In this document: piece after piece, positions 25,857-34,238 of the stretch | Position numbering within the stretch: position 1 is the stretch's first letter | Layout: each line of letters opens with the position of its first letter | Origin: a virus | Lineage: Duplodnaviria > Caudoviricetes | Reading direction: 5' to 3' (one strand) | DNA length: 42,498 bases | Virus record (IMG/VR): IMGVR_UViG_3300022670_000173 | Location: 1-42,498 of that record | Program-made: the position numbers and the translations under genes | The notes under the pieces: generated by a model | Databases searched by the model: none | Told to the model about the DNA's origin: nothing | What the model saw: the letters and a program-made list of their open reading frames with translations, nothing else

Positions 25857-26343
25857 AGAAAAAATCAAGGCGTACATGGAAGAAATAAAAAATGGCTTGG
25901 AATCAAAAGAATTATGCAATGAAGAATTTCTTGAAATTGGGTATAAAAATTTACTTGATATAACGGGCAATTTTTACCCTTCTGTACCAACGTTTATTCA
26001 TGCTTGCATGCCAGCGCCGCAAAATTGGGGCTTGCCAACGGCTCAAGATGCCTTTGATATGGCAGGAAAGCTGTCTAGCAGCCATTTAAAACATACATTG
26101 CCCCCATTGGTACAGATGGCGGCAAAAAGCCATTGGGGAGAGATTGGAGCGGGTAAGGGCTATAAAATATTTTGTGTTCGCTATGAGGATTTATTTTATA
26201 AATGGGTTCGCAATCAAATTAAACTTGAAATTATGCCTGTACCAATCGCAGCACCAGCAAAGCGCGATAAAACCGAAGCGGAAAAGCAACGTGGTAGCGA
26301 TTCAATAAAAGATTTAATTAACTTAGTCGGTGGTGATAAATGA
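25771..26343 (+). CDS. Replication protein P-like helicase loader
   Basis: FYPSVPTFIHAC....WGLPT..DAF motif; follows initiator. Confidence 0.7.
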   Translation: MNSNQLALKVMVKLSAMYPQGESQFKGDKEKIKAYMEEIKNGLESKELCNEEFLEIGYKNLLDITGNFYPSVPTFIHACMPAPQNWGLPTAQDAFDMAGKLSSSHLKHTLPPLVQMAAKSHWGEIGAGKGYKIFCVRYEDLFYKWVRNQIKLEIMPVPIAAPAKRDKTEAEKQRGSDSIKDLINLVGGDK

Positions 26344-26432
26344 GCAAAGAAAATAAAATGGCGGTCAAGAGTATTTTAATGACCGCAATATTATTTTTCG
26401 TATTAGGTTTTTTTGTTGGGGAGGTTGTATGA
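26340..26432 (+). CDS. 30-aa membrane peptide (not in ORF track)
   Basis: ATGA-coupled at both ends; hydrophobic core. Confidence 0.5.
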   Translation: MSKENKMAVKSILMTAILFFVLGFFVGEVV

Positions 26433-26692
26433 AAATATTAGTATTAGGCGGTTATTCAAGCCGACATATAATCGCGGCTTTGGCTGCTATGGGGCATAGC
26501 ATCCATGAAAAAAAACTTGGTGGAAATATTGAAGGATTTGGATTTAGCGGGGTAACTATTGATGACGATTTTGGAATGACACAATCAATATTTTCTCTTG
26601 ACGCGCTTGAAGAATTACAAAAAAAAGACGAACGAAAAAAGTGGAAATCAGCACAAAGAAAAAATCATTGGAAGGGTTCGAGATATGAGTAA
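26429..26692 (+). CDS. Hypothetical protein
   Basis: GGAGG SD. Confidence 0.65.
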   Translation: MKILVLGGYSSRHIIAALAAMGHSIHEKKLGGNIEGFGFSGVTIDDDFGMTQSIFSLDALEELQKKDERKKWKSAQRKNHWKGSRYE

Positions 26693-28016
26693 TTTATTTT
26701 CTAACGAATGCGAACAAGCGGTTATTGGAGAACTGCTTATTGATTCAGATTCGTTTGATAAAATTTCGGACATTATTGATTCAAGTTGTTTTTACTCCAT
26801 TGCAAATAAAACTACTTATTTAGCAATTGAAACCCTGTTGAATGCTAATAAGCCTTGCGATGTTATGACGGTATCAAACGCCTTAACGTTAAGCGGAAAT
26901 ATAAACGATGTCGGCGGAATTCCTTATTTAACGGGAATGATGGAGTTAGCCGCAGGGTCTTTAAATGTAGTTGATTACGCCGATATTATCAAAGAAAGGT
27001 CTGTTTTACGGGGTTTAAATAGCGTTTGTGGTGATGTTATTCATAGTTTAAGTAATCCTTCAGGTGTGGACGTTGAAACGCTGCTAGAAGGCGCACAGGC
27101 TGGAATAATGGCATTAACTGACTCAACAAACACAGAAGAAGGTTTTGTTGATGGTAACGACCTTGTAAAAGCGGCATTACTTGGTATTGATACCCGCTTT
27201 AATTCTGATAGCACGTTAACGGGCGTTGACACTGGCTTTGAAGATCTAAATGAAATAACCGGAGGATGGCAAAAGACAGATTTAATTATCATCGGCGCGC
27301 GTCCTTCAATGGGTAAAACAACGCTAGCAATGAACTTTGTTCACACAGCTATCACCTCACAGCCTTTGCATGTATGCGTTTTTAGTTTGGAAGTACCAAG
27401 GCAAGAGCTAATAAATAAAATGCTTTGTAGTGGTGGCAGGATTGATGCCAGCCGAATGAAAACCGGAAAGCTTGAAGGCGATGACTGGGCAAAATTATCA
27501 TCCGCAGTAAATAAAATTACCGATAAAAACTTTTCAATTGATGACGCAAGCGGTATTTCACCTGCTTACATGCGCAATAAATTACGCAAGCAATTGAGGG
27601 AAAAAGGCAAAATCGGAATGATTATGATTGATTACCTTCAGCTAATGAAAATCAAAGGGTTCTCTGAAGGTAGGCAACAAGAAATTTCTGAAATCTCAAG
27701 ACAGCTAAAAGCACTCGCAAAAGAGTTTGATTGCCCCGTTGTGGCGTTATCTCAGTTAAACCGATCATTGGAGCAACGACCGGACAAACGCCCTATCAAT
27801 TCAGATTTGCGTGAATCAGGCGCAATTGAACAGGATGCCGATGTGATCACATTTATTTACCGTGATGAAGTTTATAATGATGATACGCCGGACAAAGGCA
27901 CAGCGGAGATATTAATAAGAAAGCATCGGAACGGGCAAGTGGGAATGGTTAGGCTTTCATTCCTTGGTAAATACAGCACGTTTACAAATCACGCTTATGA
28001 TAACGGCGAATACTAA
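26685..28016 (+). CDS. dnaB: Replicative DNA helicase DnaB (ATG 26685 preferred)
   Basis: EQAVIG, GARPSMGKT, IDYLQL, LSQLNRSLEQR.DKRP..SDLRESGAIEQDAD, KHRNG. Confidence 0.97.
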   Translation: MSNLFSNECEQAVIGELLIDSDSFDKISDIIDSSCFYSIANKTTYLAIETLLNANKPCDVMTVSNALTLSGNINDVGGIPYLTGMMELAAGSLNVVDYADIIKERSVLRGLNSVCGDVIHSLSNPSGVDVETLLEGAQAGIMALTDSTNTEEGFVDGNDLVKAALLGIDTRFNSDSTLTGVDTGFEDLNEITGGWQKTDLIIIGARPSMGKTTLAMNFVHTAITSQPLHVCVFSLEVPRQELINKMLCSGGRIDASRMKTGKLEGDDWAKLSSAVNKITDKNFSIDDASGISPAYMRNKLRKQLREKGKIGMIMIDYLQLMKIKGFSEGRQQEISEISRQLKALAKEFDCPVVALSQLNRSLEQRPDKRPINSDLRESGAIEQDADVITFIYRDEVYNDDTPDKGTAEILIRKHRNGQVGMVRLSFLGKYSTFTNHAYDNGEY

Positions 28017-28021
28017 ATTTA

Positions 28022-28069
28022 AGAATAATTTAACAAAGTGCTTGCATTAAGTTAAATTATCTCTATTAT
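28022..28069 (+). promoter_or_regulatory. Early promoter P4 (conserved family)
   Basis: AGAATAAT-TTAACA-N6-TTGCAT-N16-TATTAT. Confidence 0.8.
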
Positions 28070-28126
28070 TCAATCTATCGAAACGGCAGCAATGACGCAG
28101 CCAGTAAAAACCAGAGTGAAAAAACC

Positions 28127-28840
28127 ATGAAAGAATTAAACCAGATTATCAACGATAAAATGGCAGAGCTTTTAACTAACGGCGTGATTGAAAAAGCCAT
28201 TGAAGAAAAACTTGAAAACGCATTACAAGAAGCAATACGTGACCAGTTCAGCTACTCCGGCGCAATCAAGAAAAGCATCGAAACAGCCATGAAAGAGGGT
28301 CTTGGTATTGATTTAAGTAATATTGATTTTGATTCGTATAATCAGCAAATGCTAACAGCGGTTAAGGTTAAAGTCGGCAATATGTTTGCAGGCGGCGCGG
28401 TTGCAAAATTCAATGAAGATATGGACGAATTATTCAAAGTAGCGCCAAAGGAAGTTTCAATAAATGAGTTAGTTAATATTGTTGTGAAGCATTGGCAAAA
28501 GGACGACTACCGCGACAACGATAGCTTTGATGAATATGCAACGGTCGAATTAGAAGAAAGCAGCTATGGCAGCTATTCGTTAAGTATTTGGAAAAAGCTT
28601 GAAAGTAGTTCAACTTCAATTTATAGCAGCGGAAAAAACAGAGCTGATGTTGTTCTTTTTATTAACCAAGAAGGTGAATTAAGAATAAATCACAGACACA
28701 GCTATAACCCAACCTGTTTTGATGAAGTTGAAACTTTCATTTTTAAATTGTATTCAGCAGGCACAAAAATAACGGGGCTTGATGAATTTGATGCTGATGA
28801 TTGTGAATTGCAAATTCTTGATGAAGATGAAAATTATTAA
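28127..28840 (+). CDS. Acidic hypothetical protein
   Basis: 237-aa ORF with AACCAGAG leader. Confidence 0.8.
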   Translation: MKELNQIINDKMAELLTNGVIEKAIEEKLENALQEAIRDQFSYSGAIKKSIETAMKEGLGIDLSNIDFDSYNQQMLTAVKVKVGNMFAGGAVAKFNEDMDELFKVAPKEVSINELVNIVVKHWQKDDYRDNDSFDEYATVELEESSYGSYSLSIWKKLESSSTSIYSSGKNRADVVLFINQEGELRINHRHSYNPTCFDEVETFIFKLYSAGTKITGLDEFDADDCELQILDEDENY

Positions 28841-28889
28841 TTAAACGCGCCTTCGGGCGCACTAATAAAACAAACCAGAGTACAAAAAA

Positions 28890-29480
28890 ATGAAAATACC
28901 AAGCCAGATTTTAAAAAGCATGTTAGCCGCAGTAGCACAGAAAGACGTTCGTTATTATCTTAACGGCGTAAATATCAACGGTAACCGATTAGAAGCTACA
29001 AACGGTCATTATATCTTCACCGCTACATTCCCTGAAACCATCGGAGACAATCAAATATTTAATTTAATTGGCGCAAAGATTCCGGCAAATGCCTACATGA
29101 CGGAATTCAGTAAAATTGAAGTTGATGAAAATGAAGAACATGAAGAACATGAAAGTGTTGAAAATGCAGGTAAAACCGTGGCAATCCATAAAGACCGAGT
29201 GGGTAACTTTGTAGGCTGTAATATTGTAAATGTTATTGATGGTAAATATCCCGACATTGATAGAACGGTAAAAGATTTTAAAGAAACGCCCGTTAGTACA
29301 ATCGGTTTTAATTCGGTCTATATGGGCTTACCTTCAAAATTATTCGGTAAAAATGCAGACAATATGAAGTTTACTTTTGGCGGCGAAAGAAGCGCAACAA
29401 AGGTTGATTTTAACAAGTACAACGAAATGAACGGCTTTGATATAGAGCTTCAAATGATCTTAATGCCAGTTAATTTATAA
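28890..29480 (+). CDS. DNA polymerase III beta-clamp-like protein (partial, about one and a half domains)
   Basis: AVAQKDVRYYLNGV, ATNGH, IDGKYPD.DR, ILMPV motifs match DnaN central/C-terminal domains. Confidence 0.75.
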   Translation: MKIPSQILKSMLAAVAQKDVRYYLNGVNINGNRLEATNGHYIFTATFPETIGDNQIFNLIGAKIPANAYMTEFSKIEVDENEEHEEHESVENAGKTVAIHKDRVGNFVGCNIVNVIDGKYPDIDRTVKDFKETPVSTIGFNSVYMGLPSKLFGKNADNMKFTFGGERSATKVDFNKYNEMNGFDIELQMILMPVNL

Positions 29481-29490
29481 GGGGTAATCT

Positions 29491-30501
29491 ATGACTAATC
29501 AAAATTTACAAACAGCCCAATCATGGGGCGATATAATCGGCGCTATTGAATCTGACTTTGTTGCGGTATCTGAAGCCAAAGAAAAGCAAATGGTTACATG
29601 GCGAGAAGAAGCAGAATATGCGGTTCAGGCAATCAATAAGAACCCGTCATTGGCAAAGTGTACGCCGTATTCAGTACAGGCAGCGGTAAAAAATATCGCT
29701 TCAGTGGGGCTTACCTTGAACCCTGTAAACGCTTACGCATACTTAGTGCCGGAGTATGTCGGCGGCGGTCAACAATGCCAGCTTAGAATCTCATATAAGG
29801 GGTTGATAAAGTTAGCTGAAAATAGCGGCGTTGTTAAGTTGGTGAAAGCCGATGTTGTCCGAGAAAATGACGTATACATTGATAACGGTATGCTTGAGCG
29901 ACCGACATTTAAAAAGAGCTTTCCCTTTGATGAAGAAAAACGTGGAAAGCCTGTTGGTGTTTTCTGTATCGCTAAATTAGACGATGGAACTTATTTAGTT
30001 GAAACCGCGCCGTGGGCTGATGTTATGTCAGCAAAAGAAGCGGCAAAAACTAAAAACGTTTGGAATAAATGGGAATCGGAAATGGCTAAAAAGTTCATTA
30101 TTAAACGAGCTTATAAAACCTTTCCATCGGCTTCACAAGAACTTTCAATTGCGGTTAATCTTCTCAATGATCAAGAAGGAAGTCGTGATGAAAGCTCAGA
30201 TTACACCGAAGACGAAAAAGAAAAGTTTATGAAATATCTTGAAACCGGAACAGCCATTGAATTTGCGGGGTATATTGATTCGCTAGATGAAAAATCTTAT
30301 GCCTCGTTATATAACTCTTTTAAAGATGGCGATAAGGTATCAAATAAAAAGCTATGCGCCAAAAAGCAGCAAGAAGGCATTAAACAAATTCGTTTAGTTC
30401 TTGCTGATATGAATAGCGATGATTCAGAAGTTGCTGAAGATGCTACCGAGGCGCTAAACCCTTTGGAAGTTAAAATATTAAACCGATGGAGAGATAAATA
30501 A
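29491..30501 (+). CDS. recT: RecT family single-strand annealing protein
   Basis: GLTLNP...AYLVP, ISYKGLIKLA, W.KW..EMAKK.IIKRA motifs. Confidence 0.9.
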   Translation: MTNQNLQTAQSWGDIIGAIESDFVAVSEAKEKQMVTWREEAEYAVQAINKNPSLAKCTPYSVQAAVKNIASVGLTLNPVNAYAYLVPEYVGGGQQCQLRISYKGLIKLAENSGVVKLVKADVVRENDVYIDNGMLERPTFKKSFPFDEEKRGKPVGVFCIAKLDDGTYLVETAPWADVMSAKEAAKTKNVWNKWESEMAKKFIIKRAYKTFPSASQELSIAVNLLNDQEGSRDESSDYTEDEKEKFMKYLETGTAIEFAGYIDSLDEKSYASLYNSFKDGDKVSNKKLCAKKQQEGIKQIRLVLADMNSDDSEVAEDATEALNPLEVKILNRWRDK

Positions 30502-30548
30502 GAATAGTTTTACATTATGCTTGCATAATAGGAATAAATCTCTATTAT
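30501..30548 (+). promoter_or_regulatory. Early promoter P5 (conserved family)
   Basis: AGAATAGT-TTTACA-N6-TTGCAT-N16-TATTAT. Confidence 0.82.
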
Positions 30549-30576
30549 GTAGGCATACCAATCAGCAACCAGAGTA

Positions 30577-30852
30577 ATGAAAATGGCAAAGGCTAGCGTG
30601 TTATATTACGGGAACAATTCAGCAGGTAATAAGGTCGATGTTGCAAAAAGAGAATCTGACGGCAAGTGGTTCTCAAGATACGAAGAAAAAACAAATTACG
30701 GCTATAAAATGTGCAAGTGGTATGAATCAGAAGAACCAAGGAAAAGCGTTATTAAAAATGAATATTCGGGTGAAGTTTGTGGAAAGGCTTATTTTTGGGG
30801 ATTTAACAAGCTTTCTGAATTAAAAAATCCTTCAGTAAGATTGCCAAACTAA
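30577..30852 (+). CDS. Hypothetical protein (start may be ATG 30583)
   Basis: AACCAGAG leader after P5. Confidence 0.7.
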   Translation: MKMAKASVLYYGNNSAGNKVDVAKRESDGKWFSRYEEKTNYGYKMCKWYESEEPRKSVIKNEYSGEVCGKAYFWGFNKLSELKNPSVRLPN

Positions 30853-30864
30853 TTAAAAAGAGTA

Positions 30865-31092
30865 ATGAAAATGAAGTTAAGCGAAGTTCAAGAAGTCGCA
30901 GTAAGTACAAGACCATTTATTACGGTAAGCGGCTTTAAATGCCTTATTACCACTTTTTCAATTGGTGAAAATTCGGGATTTTTAGAATTTGAAATTGTGT
31001 TTCATCAATTTGATGGTTTTTTTGAAGGTCATATTTCATCAAAAACACATATTAAAAATGATGTTGAACTTATTATGTTTAGCGAGGTTTGA
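30865..31092 (+). CDS. Hypothetical protein
   Basis: Same AGAGTAATGAAAATG start context as previous gene. Confidence 0.6.
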   Translation: MKMKLSEVQEVAVSTRPFITVSGFKCLITTFSIGENSGFLEFEIVFHQFDGFFEGHISSKTHIKNDVELIMFSEV

Positions 31093-31331
31093 AAATGGAA
31101 TTACACCCAAGAGTAAGTAAAAACGGTTTTACATACCCTAAGCCAGAAACCGAAGAACTTGAATATGGAACGCTTTATTACATACCAACGCTTTCAGGGC
31201 ATCAAAAATCAAGAGAATGGATTGATACCATTGTTGACCATGAAAACCTTGAATCAGGATTAGTTCACCTTGACGAATGGCGAGCCGAAGAACACGCCGA
31301 ACAGATCATTAAAATTTTAGCCTCCTTGTAG
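31089..31331 (+). CDS. Hypothetical phage protein (start may be ATG 31095)
   Basis: GAGG SD; YPKP...G.LYY...GLVHL...A motif. Confidence 0.7.
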   Translation: MKMELHPRVSKNGFTYPKPETEELEYGTLYYIPTLSGHQKSREWIDTIVDHENLESGLVHLDEWRAEEHAEQIIKILASL

Positions 31332-31355
31332 GGGCTTTAAACCGGAGTAATAAGA

Positions 31356-31541
31356 ATGAATGTAATTGATTTAGTCGTAACTGAGGTTGTCGGTAATGTT
31401 TACAAACTTAGTACGATACCAGATAGATTTTTTATTGAAGTAAAGGCTACGGCGTACGGTAGCGAAAGCGAACACACACTGATGTTTAGCGATGAATCAA
31501 AAGCATCTGAAGTGAAAATTGGTCATACTTTTCAAGCGTAA
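31356..31541 (+). CDS. Hypothetical protein
   Basis: AACCGGAGTAATAA leader. Confidence 0.75.
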   Translation: MNVIDLVVTEVVGNVYKLSTIPDRFFIEVKATAYGSESEHTLMFSDESKASEVKIGHTFQA

Positions 31542-31556
31542 ATTGGAGTAATAAAA

Positions 31557-31955
31557 ATGAAATTTGAAATTGCAATTAAAGTTGATGTTGAAGTTGAAAC
31601 GGTAGTTATTCAAATTCCTTATGATGTAAGTGAAGACCGAGAATGGCTAAAAGAGATAAGCACAAGTGAAGAATTCTTTGAAATGGAAGTTTACGTTGAA
31701 ACCGGACAAATCAAAAATTGGTCATTCAATGAGTATGAAGAAATCAGCCTAAACCCGCGAGATTCTGGTACATATATCTTAAAGGACGATGAAGGCGATA
31801 ACCTAATAATGTTGGAACAAGAACCCGTTCCTAATGAATTAATTGTTGGTGAATATGGCGATACTATCGACCTCATTATTGATAAAAGCGGATTGATTAC
31901 CAACTGGCATAAAAACCCTACAATTAACGATTTCTCGCATAAGGAAGAAGAATAA
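31557..31955 (+). CDS. Highly acidic hypothetical protein
   Basis: GGAGTAATAA leader; GQIKNW..DSGTY..YGD.IDL.I...GLITNW. Confidence 0.75.
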   Translation: MKFEIAIKVDVEVETVVIQIPYDVSEDREWLKEISTSEEFFEMEVYVETGQIKNWSFNEYEEISLNPRDSGTYILKDDEGDNLIMLEQEPVPNELIVGEYGDTIDLIIDKSGLITNWHKNPTINDFSHKEEE

Positions 31956-32638
31956 TGACACACGTTGTATCAGGATTAATTAGAAAAGCGCCTTACATTC
32001 AGGTTTTAGATAACAATACGATGTTTGTGGTTGAGCTGTCAGAAATGACGAAAGAAAAAGACGGTTCAAAGACTTACACAAATTACAGTGCGGCTTTATT
32101 TGCCAAGACTGAGGCAGCAATTAGCTACTTCACACAAGCAACGGCTGAAGGTGCTTTTATTGTTATTGCTTGCGATAAGTTGACCATTCAAAGCAGAGAG
32201 AGCAACGGCAAAACCTATACAAAATTACGAATGGAGCAAGCAAGAATAGCGGGCGGTCAATATGGGCAAGGTGTTCAAGGCGGGCAACCAGCACAACCGA
32301 TGGCTCAGCCTATGGCACAACAGGCACAACCAGCGGCGCAACCAGCACAGCAGCAAGCACAATGGCAACAACCAGCACAACAGGCACCAGTACAGCAGCA
32401 GCCAGTCCAGCAAGCGCCAAGCGTTCACCCGTCACAAAACATGCAAAATATGACGGCTGAACAGTTAGCGCAACAGCAAGCGCAATGGCAGCAACAAAGC
32501 CAGCAACAAGCACAGCAGGCGGCGCAGGGTGGTGATTGGGCAAATCAGCAAGCACCAGTGGCAACGCAGCAACAAGCACCACAACCAGCACCAGCAAATA
32601 GCTTTGATGATTTTGAAGACGAAAAAATACCTTTTTAA
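31955..32638 (+). CDS. ssb: Single-stranded DNA-binding protein (T1-like OB fold) with Q/A/P-rich linker
   Basis: H.VSG.IRK.P, YTNYSAALF; acidic tail FDDFEDEKIPF. Confidence 0.85.
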   Translation: MTHVVSGLIRKAPYIQVLDNNTMFVVELSEMTKEKDGSKTYTNYSAALFAKTEAAISYFTQATAEGAFIVIACDKLTIQSRESNGKTYTKLRMEQARIAGGQYGQGVQGGQPAQPMAQPMAQQAQPAAQPAQQQAQWQQPAQQAPVQQQPVQQAPSVHPSQNMQNMTAEQLAQQQAQWQQQSQQQAQQAAQGGDWANQQAPVATQQQAPQPAPANSFDDFEDEKIPF

Positions 32639-32689
32639 ATAATAATCATTCTTATTAAATAACAACCACAACAAACCAGAGTAAAAAAC

Positions 32690-33787
32690 ATGAATATTGA
32701 ATTAATAGCAAAAGAAACAAAATTAGTAGTTTTCTCAACTGAAGATGGACTATTGCCAGAAATTGAGCAAGCAAGGGCGTTTGTTGCTGATTTTGAGTAT
32801 GACCTTACAACTGACAAGGGGCGCAAGGATATAACGCGCCTAGCCGCTAAGGTTGCCAAACTGAAGACCACTTTGGATGGTATGGGTAAGGAATTAGTTT
32901 CTGAAGCCAAAGCTAAATGTAAATTAGTTGATGTTAACCGTAAAAAAATGCGGGAAGAACTGGACAAATTGCGAGATATTGCTAAGCAACCATTAGTTGA
33001 ATGGGAGGCGGCGCAATTAAAGATTGCCACCGAAAACGTGGCTAGAATAAAGGCTGAAGAATTGGCAAAAGAAATTGAAGATTGTCATGAATTCGCTTTG
33101 CTTCTTAATGAAAAATATGACAGAGATTTGGCAGATAAAAAAGCCGAAGAAGAACGCCTGATTAAAGAGCAGGAAGAAAAAGATAAGGCTGATAAAATCG
33201 CTGCCAAAGAAGCGCAAGAAAAACGAGAAGCGGAAATAAAGAAACAAGCCATTGCTGACGAACAAGTCAAAGCTGAAGCTAATAAGAAGCGCCTAGAGCA
33301 AGAAAAACAAGACTTGATACTAGAGCAAGAACGCCAGCAAAAACAGGCTAAGAGAGACTTAAAAACAGAGCAAGAACGAGCAAAGCAGGCATCAATAAAC
33401 TCTCAACGTGAAGCAAAAGAAGCGGAGCAAAGAAGAATTGAGGCTGAAGAAAAAGCCAAACAGGACGCCAAAATAGCCAAAGAAAAAGCTGAAGCTGAAG
33501 CTCTGAGATTAGCCAATCAAGTAAAGCAGGACGCTATAAACGCTGAAAACAAACGCCTTGCTGATATTCAGGCAGAACGCGACCGAATAGAATCTGAACG
33601 GGTAGCCGAAGAAAACCGAGTTGCTGAAGAATTGCGAGTTAAATTAGCCAATAACGCGCACGTTTCAAAGATTCGCGGCGCGGCAAAAGATTCATTTATG
33701 GCGCTTGGTTTGGATGAAGAACTTTCTAAGTTGATAGTTTTAGCCATTAATAGCGGCAAAGTAGCAAATATTTCAATTACCTACTAA
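32690..33787 (+). CDS. Long charged coiled-coil protein (TolA-like composition)
   Basis: DLTTDKGRK.I..LAAKVAK N-terminus, E/K/A/Q-rich helix, G.V.NISITY end. Confidence 0.8.
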   Translation: MNIELIAKETKLVVFSTEDGLLPEIEQARAFVADFEYDLTTDKGRKDITRLAAKVAKLKTTLDGMGKELVSEAKAKCKLVDVNRKKMREELDKLRDIAKQPLVEWEAAQLKIATENVARIKAEELAKEIEDCHEFALLLNEKYDRDLADKKAEEERLIKEQEEKDKADKIAAKEAQEKREAEIKKQAIADEQVKAEANKKRLEQEKQDLILEQERQQKQAKRDLKTEQERAKQASINSQREAKEAEQRRIEAEEKAKQDAKIAKEKAEAEALRLANQVKQDAINAENKRLADIQAERDRIESERVAEENRVAEELRVKLANNAHVSKIRGAAKDSFMALGLDEELSKLIVLAINSGKVANISITY

Positions 33788-33824
33788 TCAACAACAGCCC
33801 GTTAATTCGGGCAAAGGTTTTATT

Positions 33825-34193
33825 ATGCAATGGAAAGGCACGACAGCAGCGCACAAAAAGTGGAATCAACGTGTAAGAAAATATGCCGATGACCACGGCG
33901 CGGAACCTTACGGCGATTTCTTTAATTATCAAATTCACCATGTAGCCGGAGCAAGCTATAAGCATAATAAAGTTTACATTGGTAATTGGTTTGTATTGCC
34001 TGTTTCTTTTCAATACCACGATATGAGCAGCAATGACGCTTTGAACGTAACCCACCACAGAAGGCACTATGAAGAAGCCTTTGGTAAACAAAGTGCTATA
34101 TGGCTTGAAATGGTTAACGTCATTCGTGATCAGGACGGAACGCTGCCTTTTAGTGATGAAGTAATTGAAGCAGTTCTTGATTCTAAGTATTAA
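33825..34193 (+). CDS. Putative HNH nuclease (Ref/DUF968-like)
   Basis: QIHHV.G...VLPV...YH...H...FG pattern. Confidence 0.6.
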   Translation: MQWKGTTAAHKKWNQRVRKYADDHGAEPYGDFFNYQIHHVAGASYKHNKVYIGNWFVLPVSFQYHDMSSNDALNVTHHRRHYEEAFGKQSAIWLEMVNVIRDQDGTLPFSDEVIEAVLDSKY

Positions 34194-34238
34194 TTGCAAC
34201 TATAATGTAAACTTATTACCAACAAAGAAGAATTAAAT

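Noticed and set aside
32690-33787. Genuine TolA cell-envelope protein
   Set aside because: No N-terminal membrane anchor; the resemblance is only E/K/A-rich composition
34194-34219. Seventh member of the promoter family (TTGCAA...TATTAC)
   Set aside because: Spacer is 14 bp and the upstream box is missing
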